Below, in pieces: positions 20,105-28,386 of a DNA stretch of 64,000 nt. Numbering within the stretch: the stretch's first letter is position 1; each line of letters begins with the position of its first letter. The notes under the pieces are model-generated. The model made no database searches. It was not told where the DNA came from and worked only from the letters and a program-made list of their open reading frames with translations. Source of the DNA: a virus; IMG/VR virus record IMGVR_UViG_3300017917_002969, positions 33,581 through 97,580 of that record; one strand, given 5' to 3'. The translations under genes were made by a program, and so were the position numbers.

Positions 20105-20878
20105 TTAAACATTTTCCACATATTCCAATAAAAAATACTCGTTTGTTAAATTTTCAGCTTTAACCCACTCAGCATAATTATGAATATTATCATCATTAAT
20201 CAAATCAATATGTTTTTTACTCACAACATAATATTCATGCGTTTTTGTTGAAACCGAATCATTAATTTTAATTAATTCTTCTCTACTAGGATATGCAATA
20301 GTGCTAATAACTTCTTTGTATTCACCAGTATGTGTCAAAACAAAATCACCTATTATAACATCTTGAATCGATTTATTACCCGATTTTGTTGTTACAATGG
20401 AATTTTCTAAAAAACAACCACCACCATTTCCAATACCAACTCTAATATAATCTGCTCCAGCATCTGATAACTCACCATAAGTTTTTGGGTTAGCTATATT
20501 ACCAACCATCAGTGTTAAATTATTGTATTGTTTTTTTATTTTTTTGGTTGTCTCCAAAAGAGTATCCATGTGTCCATTGGCAATATCAATCAAATAAAAC
20601 CCATTTTTATCTAAGTCATCACTTAAATATTTTTCCCACATTTCTTGTAACGAATATGATTCAAAACCTATGTTAGTTTTTTCACCTCTAGGTAAACAAA
20701 CATTTATTTTTTGGTTGTAAAAAATTTGTTCATTACCAGAATTAATTACCATATCCATAGGTGCTGTTATCAAAGGTAAAAACCCATTATAATAAGGATT
20801 GATATCCTTTCGGCTATTTATTTTAGAAACTATCGCTGGTTCAATTAAAATATCGTTAAAATCAAATTTTTCAGTCAT
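20105..20878 (-). CDS. N-terminal half of IMPDH/GMP reductase fused to split intein N-fragment (103 aa)
   Basis: FDFNDILIEP, PLITAPMD, IDIANGH, VGNIA, GADYIRVGIGNGGG|CFLENSIV (intein block A). Confidence 0.92.
   Translation of the reverse strand: MTEKFDFNDILIEPAIVSKINSRKDINPYYNGFLPLITAPMDMVINSGNEQIFYNQKINVCLPRGEKTNIGFESYSLQEMWEKYLSDDLDKNGFYLIDIANGHMDTLLETTKKIKKQYNNLTLMVGNIANPKTYGELSDAGADYIRVGIGNGGGCFLENSIVTTKSGNKSIQDVIIGDFVLTHTGEYKEVISTIAYPSREELIKINDSVSTKTHEYYVVSKKHIDLINDDNIHNYAEWVKAENLTNEYFLLEYVENV
20108..20416 (-). mobile_element. Split intein, IntN
   Basis: Starts CFLENS, contains IGDFVLTHTG and block B TKTHEYY, ends WVKAENL...YVENV*. Confidence 0.92.
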
Positions 20879-20899
20879 TTTTTATTTTTTGTATGTTAA

Positions 20900-21481
20900 T
20901 TAATTTTTTCCAGTGCTACCAAAACCACCAGAACCTCTTTCTGTAGATGAATTAATATTATCAAGCTTTTCTAACTTAATAATATTCTTTGCTGTTACGG
21001 TAGCTATAACACCTTGAGCTACTCTATCACCATGATTGATAACAAAATCTTCTTCACCTAAATTGATAAGTATAATCTTTATTTCGCCACGGTAATCTGA
21101 ATCAACCGTTCCTGGTGTATTTAACACAGTAACACCGTTTTTAGCAGCCAAACCACTTCTCGGACGGACTTGGATTTCAAATCCATCTGGCAATTCAAAA
21201 AATAAACCAGTTGGTACCAAGGCTCTTTTGCCAGCCTTAATTGTCATTGGTTCAGAAAGATTTGCTCTAAAATCAAAACCAGATGAACCAGCTGTTGCAT
21301 ATTCTGGGTCTGGGTTGGTTGATTTATTTGCAAAACCTACTTTTAATTTAAAATAATCTGGGTCATAGAAAATTTCTGTTGGATAAGAAAATTCTCTGTC
21401 AAAGTCTTCTTGACTATATGAGTCATTTGGGTCAGATATTTGTAGGATTCTAGCCCTCATCCTTTCAACTAAATCGTTCAT
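20900..21481 (-). CDS. dut: Trimeric dUTPase
   Basis: SGFDF, RPRSGLA, GTVDSDYRGE, DRVAQ, RGSGGFGSTG. Confidence 0.96.
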   Translation of the reverse strand: MNDLVERMRARILQISDPNDSYSQEDFDREFSYPTEIFYDPDYFKLKVGFANKSTNPDPEYATAGSSGFDFRANLSEPMTIKAGKRALVPTGLFFELPDGFEIQVRPRSGLAAKNGVTVLNTPGTVDSDYRGEIKIILINLGEEDFVINHGDRVAQGVIATVTAKNIIKLEKLDNINSSTERGSGGFGSTGKN

Positions 21482-21486
21482 TATTT

Positions 21487-22050
21487 TTATTTTTTTATTT
21501 TTGAGCTTTTAATAGCTAGCATACTACCCATCTTAAGTAGTTCACCAACCATTGAATTATGGTAATCCGACATTTTATCATCAACTTTATCAAAGAAAAG
21601 AATTGCAGAATATTCCTCTTCAGTTAATTCAATTCCATGTGAAAGAATATAATAAGCACTTCTTTCACCTACTCTCATAGATACAAGGTCATCGTTAAAC
21701 TCATACATCTTACCTTGGTTCTTACGGTGCCATTCAGAGGTACATGGTTTATATAATTTAGCTTTACCAATGCCATGTAAAAGACATACTTTTAATAAGG
21801 ATGTTTGGTCAACCTTTTCTTCTTCTGGTAATGTGTTATTGATTTTTACAGCATATGAAGCCACTTTGAGTAAATGGTCAATAAGTCCGCCTTCAAAGGC
21901 GTTGTGATAATCAGCCATGCTGCTGGCTGGGGCTTTGATGAAATCTTCACCTAAAAAGGTCATAAGTTCATCATTCATGAAACCGTTTTTGGTCGCAGTT
22001 TCAAAGTATTTTTTAGTATTTGCAACTATTTTAGCTTGGTCTAAAGACAT
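21487..22050 (-). CDS. HD-domain (YhaM-like) protein with HD changed to HG
   Basis: APAS...HNAFEGGLIDH...LLHGIGK. Confidence 0.7.
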   Translation of the reverse strand: MSLDQAKIVANTKKYFETATKNGFMNDELMTFLGEDFIKAPASSMADYHNAFEGGLIDHLLKVASYAVKINNTLPEEEKVDQTSLLKVCLLHGIGKAKLYKPCTSEWHRKNQGKMYEFNDDLVSMRVGERSAYYILSHGIELTEEEYSAILFFDKVDDKMSDYHNSMVGELLKMGSMLAIKSSKIKK

Positions 22051-22081
22051 AATGCTAGTTTAGAAACTTCGTTATTTTATG

Positions 22082-22112
22082 CAAATATACAAAAAGTTTT
22101 CTAAACTAGCAA
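22082..22112 (-). promoter_or_regulatory. Bacteroidota housekeeping-type promoter
   Basis: Minus strand TTG (22112-22110), 20 nt, TATATTTG (22089-22082), upstream of ATG 22050. Confidence 0.7.
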
Positions 22113-22120
22113 GTAAATCT

Positions 22121-22783
22121 TTATCTTTTTAAAACACTCTTAAGGTTATTAATCAATTTTTCATGTTTTAACCTTTCTTCTTCCGAATCCCATTCTCTAA
22201 GTTGGTTTAAACTGACAATATTCACAATATTATCAACTGTATCAAAAAAATCCCCATCAGTTACAGTTTTTTTGTTTGATTTAGGTATTGTATCTGTAGT
22301 CCCTCCTACTTTTTTTTCTTGATTTTTAAGAGAATGTATAACCAAGTTATTTTCATCCATTATTATTCGATGAATACTTTTATTTTTTAAATGTAAGGTT
22401 TCATTATGGATATCGCAAATTTCTGGTTCATAAAAAAACGGTGTTTTAACAAGAAATTTAGACATGTTATTAACATTTTTACGACCTTCTATCAATTTTT
22501 GGTTTAAATAATTAACTTTAGGTTCGTTTTCATGATAGACTTTTTCGTGAAACATAATATCTTTTATTCTTTGAATACTTACTTTTTGTTTTTCTTCAAA
22601 TTCTTTTTTTTGTTTAGCAATTTTAATAGCATGTTCCCTTTTTAATCTAGGTTCAACGATTAAGCCATAGTAAAAAGGTTTTTTTACATAGTCAAACCAA
22701 AGGTTACTAAGATAAATCTTAATTTTTTTAATAATTGTTAACTGATTATTTTTCATAATTTTATACTGTTTTATATAGTTCAA
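22121..22783 (-). CDS. Hypothetical protein
   Basis: 220-aa Lys-rich ORF in the operon. Confidence 0.6.
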   Translation of the reverse strand: MNYIKQYKIMKNNQLTIIKKIKIYLSNLWFDYVKKPFYYGLIVEPRLKREHAIKIAKQKKEFEEKQKVSIQRIKDIMFHEKVYHENEPKVNYLNQKLIEGRKNVNNMSKFLVKTPFFYEPEICDIHNETLHLKNKSIHRIIMDENNLVIHSLKNQEKKVGGTTDTIPKSNKKTVTDGDFFDTVDNIVNIVSLNQLREWDSEEERLKHEKLINNLKSVLKR

Positions 22784-24026
22784 CTTTATTTTCTAATTCA
22801 CTCTTTTTAACAAGATTCAAATAAAGTTCTCTTCTTTTTTCCGTAACTTTATTTATTGAATAAGTATCTTTAACCGTATCAAAAAGGTTATTTTGAAGGG
22901 TTGTAATCATTTCTGGGTTGTTTACAAGCTTTTTAATTGCTCCAAACCAATCCTTATGGTTTTTAGTGCTATCAACCAAAATTGCATTAGCAGATGTATC
23001 AAATTCACCACCAAATTTAATGGCATGGTTCAAATCAATTTGATATGGGCCGTAGTTTTGAGCAATCAACGCTTTTTTATGGAACCCAGCTTCAATCACT
23101 TTTAATTGACTCTTAACCTTATTAAAGATGTTTTCTTCAAGAGGTGCAAGAGAAACATCAAATAAATTATAGTTGGTTGCATAGGTTGAAATATGCTTGG
23201 TCCAAACTCTACGATAAGGTTCATTAGCAACATTAGGAAATTCCGATTGTTCAAATTTTAACAAGAATTCTTTATATTCTGGACTAATAGATTTGTAATC
23301 ATCAGTAAAGATTCTTTCATACTGATACCAAACGCTTTCTTTTGGTAGAATATTTCTAACACGTTGCTGTTTTGTTACTGGGTCAATTTCTGTAAATTGT
23401 CCTCTTAAATCAAACCCACACAACACAAATTGCACTTTATCAAGAAAACCAGCTGTTTGAATTCTATTTACCAAACCTTCAAGTATTTTTAAATCATGTA
23501 AGTGTGACGAACCGCCAAGCCAACCAATCCTAATTCTATCAGAAGGTTCTAATTTTGGTCTAAATTGAGGTTCAGATGGGTCAATTGCATTTGGTAATAC
23601 AAATACATTCTTGTTAATCTTTTTGATTTCATCTGCAAAAACACTTGTTGTTGTTGTTACATAATTAGCAACCCTAACATTGTTTTTAATTTTCTCATCC
23701 AACTTTGCATTCTTGATTAAAAGATAGGCAGGGTGGTGTGGACCTGGAGCCCAATAGTCATCAATGTCCATTATTGATATAATACCCATTCTATCTAATT
23801 TTTTAGACAGTAGTTCCATTTCTTCATATGAACCAACAGTTCTATGATAATGGATAATATCGTATTGTTTTAACCAATCATCATTGTTTAGTTGTGGTTC
23901 GTAATCAATATGAACCATAAATTCTTCTGGATAATTATTTTCTAACGCAAGGTGAGGGTTTATTGACCGAAATGAACCCACACCAGTTCTATCGGATGGT
24001 ACTACTAAAATATTAAGTTTTCTCAT
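22761..24026 (-). CDS. GT-B (GT4-like) glycosyltransferase
   Basis: DRTGVGSFR, DIDDYW, LPNAID, RIGWLGGSSH, FNKVKSQLKVIEAG. Confidence 0.82.
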   Translation of the reverse strand: MRKLNILVVPSDRTGVGSFRSINPHLALENNYPEEFMVHIDYEPQLNNDDWLKQYDIIHYHRTVGSYEEMELLSKKLDRMGIISIMDIDDYWAPGPHHPAYLLIKNAKLDEKIKNNVRVANYVTTTTSVFADEIKKINKNVFVLPNAIDPSEPQFRPKLEPSDRIRIGWLGGSSHLHDLKILEGLVNRIQTAGFLDKVQFVLCGFDLRGQFTEIDPVTKQQRVRNILPKESVWYQYERIFTDDYKSISPEYKEFLLKFEQSEFPNVANEPYRRVWTKHISTYATNYNLFDVSLAPLEENIFNKVKSQLKVIEAGFHKKALIAQNYGPYQIDLNHAIKFGGEFDTSANAILVDSTKNHKDWFGAIKKLVNNPEMITTLQNNLFDTVKDTYSINKVTEKRRELYLNLVKKSELENKVELYKTV

Positions 24027-24088
24027 TTATTTGTTTTAAAACAGTATTATGAATACACCAATATAGACTTTTTAAAACATTTGTAAAT

Positions 24089-24115
24089 AAAAAAAGGGCC
24101 TTTCAGCCCTTTTTT
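24089..24115 (-). terminator. Intrinsic terminator (possibly bidirectional)
   Basis: AAAAAAGGGC-CTTTCA-GCCCTTTTTT just after the stop of 24122..24730. Confidence 0.8.
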
Positions 24116-24121
24116 CTTTAT

Positions 24122-24730
24122 TTATTTTTTCTTTACATTTAATTTTCCTTCATTTATTAAAGTATTAACTGTTTTCTTTACCGTTTGTTCTGTTAGTGTT
24201 TTTACAAACATCTTAGCAATCACTTCATTAACTCTTTTATCAATCATTTCGTTTAGTTCATCGACACTAATTGTAACCATACCAGACCCCCAATCTTGTT
24301 TTCTTGCACTTTCATTGATTTGTCTTGGTTGTTGAGTTGGTCTTTGAGCTGGTTTTTCAACCAAATCTTCTAACCCATCAAGACTAAACTTAGAAAATGA
24401 CAATGAAGCTTTTGGAATTGGTTTTTTAAGCATAGCTTCTTTTACAATAGGTGGTAATTTAGAATTCATTACATCTTCCTCAGTATAATCTCTAACATTT
24501 TGTTCTTCATGCAAAGCATATTTAGACATGTCTGGTGTGTGATATTCTGGCTCACGTTCGTCTCTTTCATCATAAATAGGTGTAGATGGTGCATATGTTG
24601 AGGACAATCCTTCAGTAACCCTATTAGCTTTTTTTTCTGGGAATTTCTCGTCCGCAGCTTTCATTATCTTTTTGGCATTACCTAAGATTGATTTAAGTTT
24701 ATTAATATCTACTGGTGCTGGTGTATCCAT
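24122..24730 (-). CDS. Hypothetical protein
   Basis: 202-aa ORF in a late-motif-led operon. Confidence 0.7.
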   Translation of the reverse strand: MDTPAPVDINKLKSILGNAKKIMKAADEKFPEKKANRVTEGLSSTYAPSTPIYDERDEREPEYHTPDMSKYALHEEQNVRDYTEEDVMNSKLPPIVKEAMLKKPIPKASLSFSKFSLDGLEDLVEKPAQRPTQQPRQINESARKQDWGSGMVTISVDELNEMIDKRVNEVIAKMFVKTLTEQTVKKTVNTLINEGKLNVKKK

Positions 24731-24731
24731 A

Positions 24732-25181
24732 TTATATATTTGGTTTTTGTGGTGATTGTGTTTGATTTACGTTCACTTTTTTCAAAACTTGTGAAAAACT
24801 ATTATCACCATCTTTATTATATTTTGGCAAATTTGCGTCAAAATCAGAAACTGGTCTAGCCCATCTAGCTTTTGTTGGGAACCACCCTTCTATTCTATCA
24901 AGTCTGAATATTTTCCAACCGTAACTTTCACCTTTTTTAGAAGCACCAAATATTTGATACGCTCTAATTGCTCTGTTACCAGCTTTAGTATATCCGTATT
25001 GATAAACTTGAATATATCTCTTGCTGGGTGGAACCCCTTCAAAATCTCGATATAGGATGTTAACATTATACTTTCCATCTATCGCAGCCTTAACCTTGTC
25101 TTCAGAAACGCTTTCAAAAAGAAAACGATTTCTTTCAACTTCTTCCAATATAAGTTCTTCGTATAGATTGTAAAGTTTCAT
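24732..25181 (-). CDS. Stand-alone WYL-like domain protein
   Basis: VNILY...KRYIQVY..G....IRAY...GWKIFRLDRI pattern; no HTH. Confidence 0.65.
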   Translation of the reverse strand: MKLYNLYEELILEEVERNRFLFESVSEDKVKAAIDGKYNVNILYRDFEGVPPSKRYIQVYQYGYTKAGNRAIRAYQIFGASKKGESYGWKIFRLDRIEGWFPTKARWARPVSDFDANLPKYNKDGDNSFSQVLKKVNVNQTQSPQKPNI

Positions 25182-25187
25182 TTAAAA

Positions 25188-25571
25188 TTATATTACTACT
25201 TGACCAATGTTTAATGATGTGTTTGGATGTGTGTAGTCACTTCCAGCTATCTGTGAAGGACCATAACCCCACAAACCAGCATTAAGAATGATTTCTGGAT
25301 TTCTACCAGAACCTCCATATAGTGCTTGGTTACCATTTATATCATAATCACCACCTACACCACGATAATTGTAGATATCTAGATATTGTCCAGAACCCTT
25401 ACCATAAACTGGTGTTGTTTGGTCAGATAACGCTCTTGTATGGGTAGCTGAATATTCGTTGGCTTGAGCAAAATTGTTATAAATGTTAGTTGGAATTAAG
25501 AATGCTCTTTGAGCGATAGCGGCTGCTTCCAAAGGTGTTTGTCCACCGTTATAAGGTACTCCTACTGGCAT
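25188..25571 (-). CDS. Hypothetical protein (Gly/Tyr/Asn-rich, possibly virion)
   Basis: 127-aa ORF. Confidence 0.65.
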   Translation of the reverse strand: MPVGVPYNGGQTPLEAAAIAQRAFLIPTNIYNNFAQANEYSATHTRALSDQTTPVYGKGSGQYLDIYNYRGVGGDYDINGNQALYGGSGRNPEIILNAGLWGYGPSQIAGSDYTHPNTSLNIGQVVI

Positions 25572-25573
25572 GG

Positions 25574-26023
25574 TTATAAATTTTGTTTTTTGTTGTTATT
25601 CATGTATTCTATTAAATATCTAATTTCAGAAATTTCTTTTGTTAACCCCTCATTGTAAACTTCTTTATTAGACATTATTTTACGATTTATACTACCTTTT
25701 GTAATCTTAGGAACACCACCAACTTTTGTTGGGTTGGCATTATCTTTATCTTTTTGGTGAGTTTTTATGAATTGATTTTCTCTTCCAGCATCCATACCAA
25801 TCTTTTTTTGTCTATAATTGGCTTCTTTGGCTGTTTTAACAAGATTTTCAACTTCTTTAAGTCTATTTTCACCACCTAATCGGTTATATTCTTCACAACC
25901 ATTATTTGTTTCACAAGTTTCTTTGGCTTTTTTAAGTCTAGATAATTCCATAGCAAAAGCTTGGTGATTTTTCTCTTCACCATCTTTGGTTTTATGGATA
26001 TCTTTGCTTATTTGTGAGTTCAT
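25574..26023 (-). CDS. Hypothetical protein
   Basis: 149-aa ORF. Confidence 0.65.
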   Translation of the reverse strand: MNSQISKDIHKTKDGEEKNHQAFAMELSRLKKAKETCETNNGCEEYNRLGGENRLKEVENLVKTAKEANYRQKKIGMDAGRENQFIKTHQKDKDNANPTKVGGVPKITKGSINRKIMSNKEVYNEGLTKEISEIRYLIEYMNNNKKQNL

Positions 26024-26024
26024 G

Positions 26025-26501
26025 TTAGATTTTTTTACTAGCTTGTTTTGCTTGAATGGCTTTTTTAAGTTCTTCTAGTTGTTTTTCTGTTAATTCAGCA
26101 TCTGTTATAGTATCCAATAATTTAGCAACTTTAGGATTGTAGTCTTTTGAAGTTACTTCAGAAGTTTTGCTTTTTTTAACTAGGTCTTCTATTTTTTCTT
26201 CAACAGCTTTTTTTGTCATTATATTACCTTTTTTCTCAGATTCAAATGTTACGATACCACCTTGGCTTCTTCTACCACCATAACTATAAACAGCAAACCA
26301 AGGAATATTTTGTCTATAAAGACCAAAAACTACGTCTGAGGTTGTTGAAACACCTTTTTCATAGTCTGAATAGTCATTGTATGCTTTTTGTACTGGCCCT
26401 GTTTCAATTTCTGAATTACCATTATATGGTTTATCATTACCCGTGGTATTGATATCTCCTCCAACAAGTTCTTCTAATTGTTTTTTATTCATTGTAGCCA
26501 T
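26025..26501 (-). CDS. Hypothetical protein
   Basis: 158-aa ORF, first gene of the leftward unit. Confidence 0.65.
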   Translation of the reverse strand: MATMNKKQLEELVGGDINTTGNDKPYNGNSEIETGPVQKAYNDYSDYEKGVSTTSDVVFGLYRQNIPWFAVYSYGGRRSQGGIVTFESEKKGNIMTKKAVEEKIEDLVKKSKTSEVTSKDYNPKVAKLLDTITDAELTEKQLEELKKAIQAKQASKKI

Positions 26502-26512
26502 AAATCGTTTTT

Positions 26513-26548
26513 CTTATAAATATATTCAAAACGTAGAATATTTATAAG
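26513..26548. promoter_or_regulatory. Back-to-back putative late promoters at the strand switch
   Basis: 11-bp inverted repeat CTTATAAATAT (26513-26523) / ATATTTATAAG (26538-26548) places an ATATTTAT motif before each divergent gene. Confidence 0.65.
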
Positions 26549-26562
26549 TAAACTCAGAAAAC

Positions 26563-28383
26563 ATGTCATTTATAACCAAATTAGACTTTTCAAGCAATAG
26601 ACAAGTTAAACAATTCCCAGAAACCTTCACCGTTCTATCTGGTGGTACAAAATTTGGAGTACCATATAGTGGTTTGGCTACTGGACCAGACTTAACAACA
26701 ACTGCTGTTACTCAAACATATACAAACTTAGTAAGCACATTTTCTGGTAATACTGGAACAACAGTATTTTCTTGGTACGACCCTAACATGGCTTTAGGTG
26801 AACCTTACTTATCCGCAATTACACCATCAACCAGTGCTATAACCCAAAATACTGGGGTAATCTTTACCGCAAATACATTAGGAACTACGATTGACGGCTA
26901 TACCTATGCTATAGATTATAGTGGGGTTAGCTTTGACCTTGTTGGTTTGGCTATGATTGATTTAGGTGGTGGTAACTATAGTGGTAGTGTTCATACAAAT
27001 ACTTTAGAATATTATTCTGCTGGAACCATAGATTATAGTGGAAGAACAATATGGGTTGATGTATCTGGAATAACAAGAACTGAAGATTTGATAATTACAA
27101 ATTCGCCAGTAGTTGGTTATGTTTGGAAATGTGTTGATGGTGAAGGTAAAGGAGCTTGGGCTCCAGATGCATCAGGGAATACAACTTATTGGACGGCTGG
27201 AACACTTACAAATTCAATCATACCAATAAATAATTCTTCTAAAAACAATAAATTAGGTATAAATATTGACCCTCAAACAGCCTTTGATTTGATGGCTACT
27301 GACGGTAGTGTACGATTATTGCTTTCTGAATCAATTGCTAGTAATGGTTTTACAACCAGTGGAACAACTTCTGGTTATACACAGATTGGTGTTACAACCA
27401 AATCAAACAATACTGGTGGGTTTGGTTTGTCTATTGGTAGTATAGGTAGTGAAGCGTCTATACCAACTTATGGGCAAACTGGAACAACTTTTATTTTTTC
27501 AAGCGGAGAAAGCAACGGGTTAAATATTATCAAAAATTCTGGGGCTCCATATACTAATAACGATAATTATATAAGATTTTATGCTGGTGGAAACGTTAGT
27601 ACTATTATTAATGCGCACATGCATATTCAAGGTAGTGGTATTACTCAAGGGTATATTGGTCTCAATACATTAACACCAACACAAAGAATTGATGTGAATG
27701 GTAGTGCAAGATTTAGAAGTGTTCAATCACTAGGTGGTGGGAGCGTCTCATTATATATTGATACTGATGGAACTTTATCTTTAACAGCATCAGATGAAAG
27801 ATTAAAAGAAAATATAACACCAATAACAAATGCGTTAGAAACCGTAAAATCATTAAAAGGTGTTAATTTTAATTGGAAAAGTAATGGACAACCTTCATTA
27901 GGTTTTATTGCACAAGATGTTAACTTAGTGGAACCAAAATTAGTATTTACCAACGAAAATACTGAAGAAAAATATATGGGTGTTAATTATGAAATAATAA
28001 CAGCCCTTTTGGTAGAAGCCATTAAAGAACTTACATCTGGCTCAACAGTTTCTGGTAATACATATCTTGAAACGCAGAGTATAATAGCTGAGGACAACAA
28101 TATAGATTTAAACTATGGTGGAAACCAACAAACAGCTTTTGAGGGTGGTATCAGAGTATTACATGCATTAGGACAAGATTTATCTGCTGAATTACTTACG
28201 GATGAAGATGGAAATTGGAGAACAAATAATGATTTCAAACCGAAAGCAATTACTATACCAATATTTACACCATTAAATTCAACTGATAAAAGCGGAAACG
28301 TTGGAAATATAACAAGGGATGAGGATTATTTATACGTTAAAACATCCGATGGTTGGAGAAGAAGTCGTTTAGAAAGTTTTTAA
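26563..28383 (+). CDS. Tail fibre/spike protein with peptidase S74 intramolecular chaperone domain
   Basis: GLNTLTPTQRIDVNG, SDERLKENI, GFIAQDV, GVNYE. Confidence 0.82.
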   Translation: MSFITKLDFSSNRQVKQFPETFTVLSGGTKFGVPYSGLATGPDLTTTAVTQTYTNLVSTFSGNTGTTVFSWYDPNMALGEPYLSAITPSTSAITQNTGVIFTANTLGTTIDGYTYAIDYSGVSFDLVGLAMIDLGGGNYSGSVHTNTLEYYSAGTIDYSGRTIWVDVSGITRTEDLIITNSPVVGYVWKCVDGEGKGAWAPDASGNTTYWTAGTLTNSIIPINNSSKNNKLGINIDPQTAFDLMATDGSVRLLLSESIASNGFTTSGTTSGYTQIGVTTKSNNTGGFGLSIGSIGSEASIPTYGQTGTTFIFSSGESNGLNIIKNSGAPYTNNDNYIRFYAGGNVSTIINAHMHIQGSGITQGYIGLNTLTPTQRIDVNGSARFRSVQSLGGGSVSLYIDTDGTLSLTASDERLKENITPITNALETVKSLKGVNFNWKSNGQPSLGFIAQDVNLVEPKLVFTNENTEEKYMGVNYEIITALLVEAIKELTSGSTVSGNTYLETQSIIAEDNNIDLNYGGNQQTAFEGGIRVLHALGQDLSAELLTDEDGNWRTNNDFKPKAITIPIFTPLNSTDKSGNVGNITRDEDYLYVKTSDGWRRSRLESF

Positions 28384-28386
28384 TAT

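Noticed and set aside
18385-20878. IMPDH/GMPR as a broken pseudogene or group I intron host
   Set aside because: Both halves carry intact intein motifs and the C-half has its own ATG; there is too little non-coding sequence for an intron core
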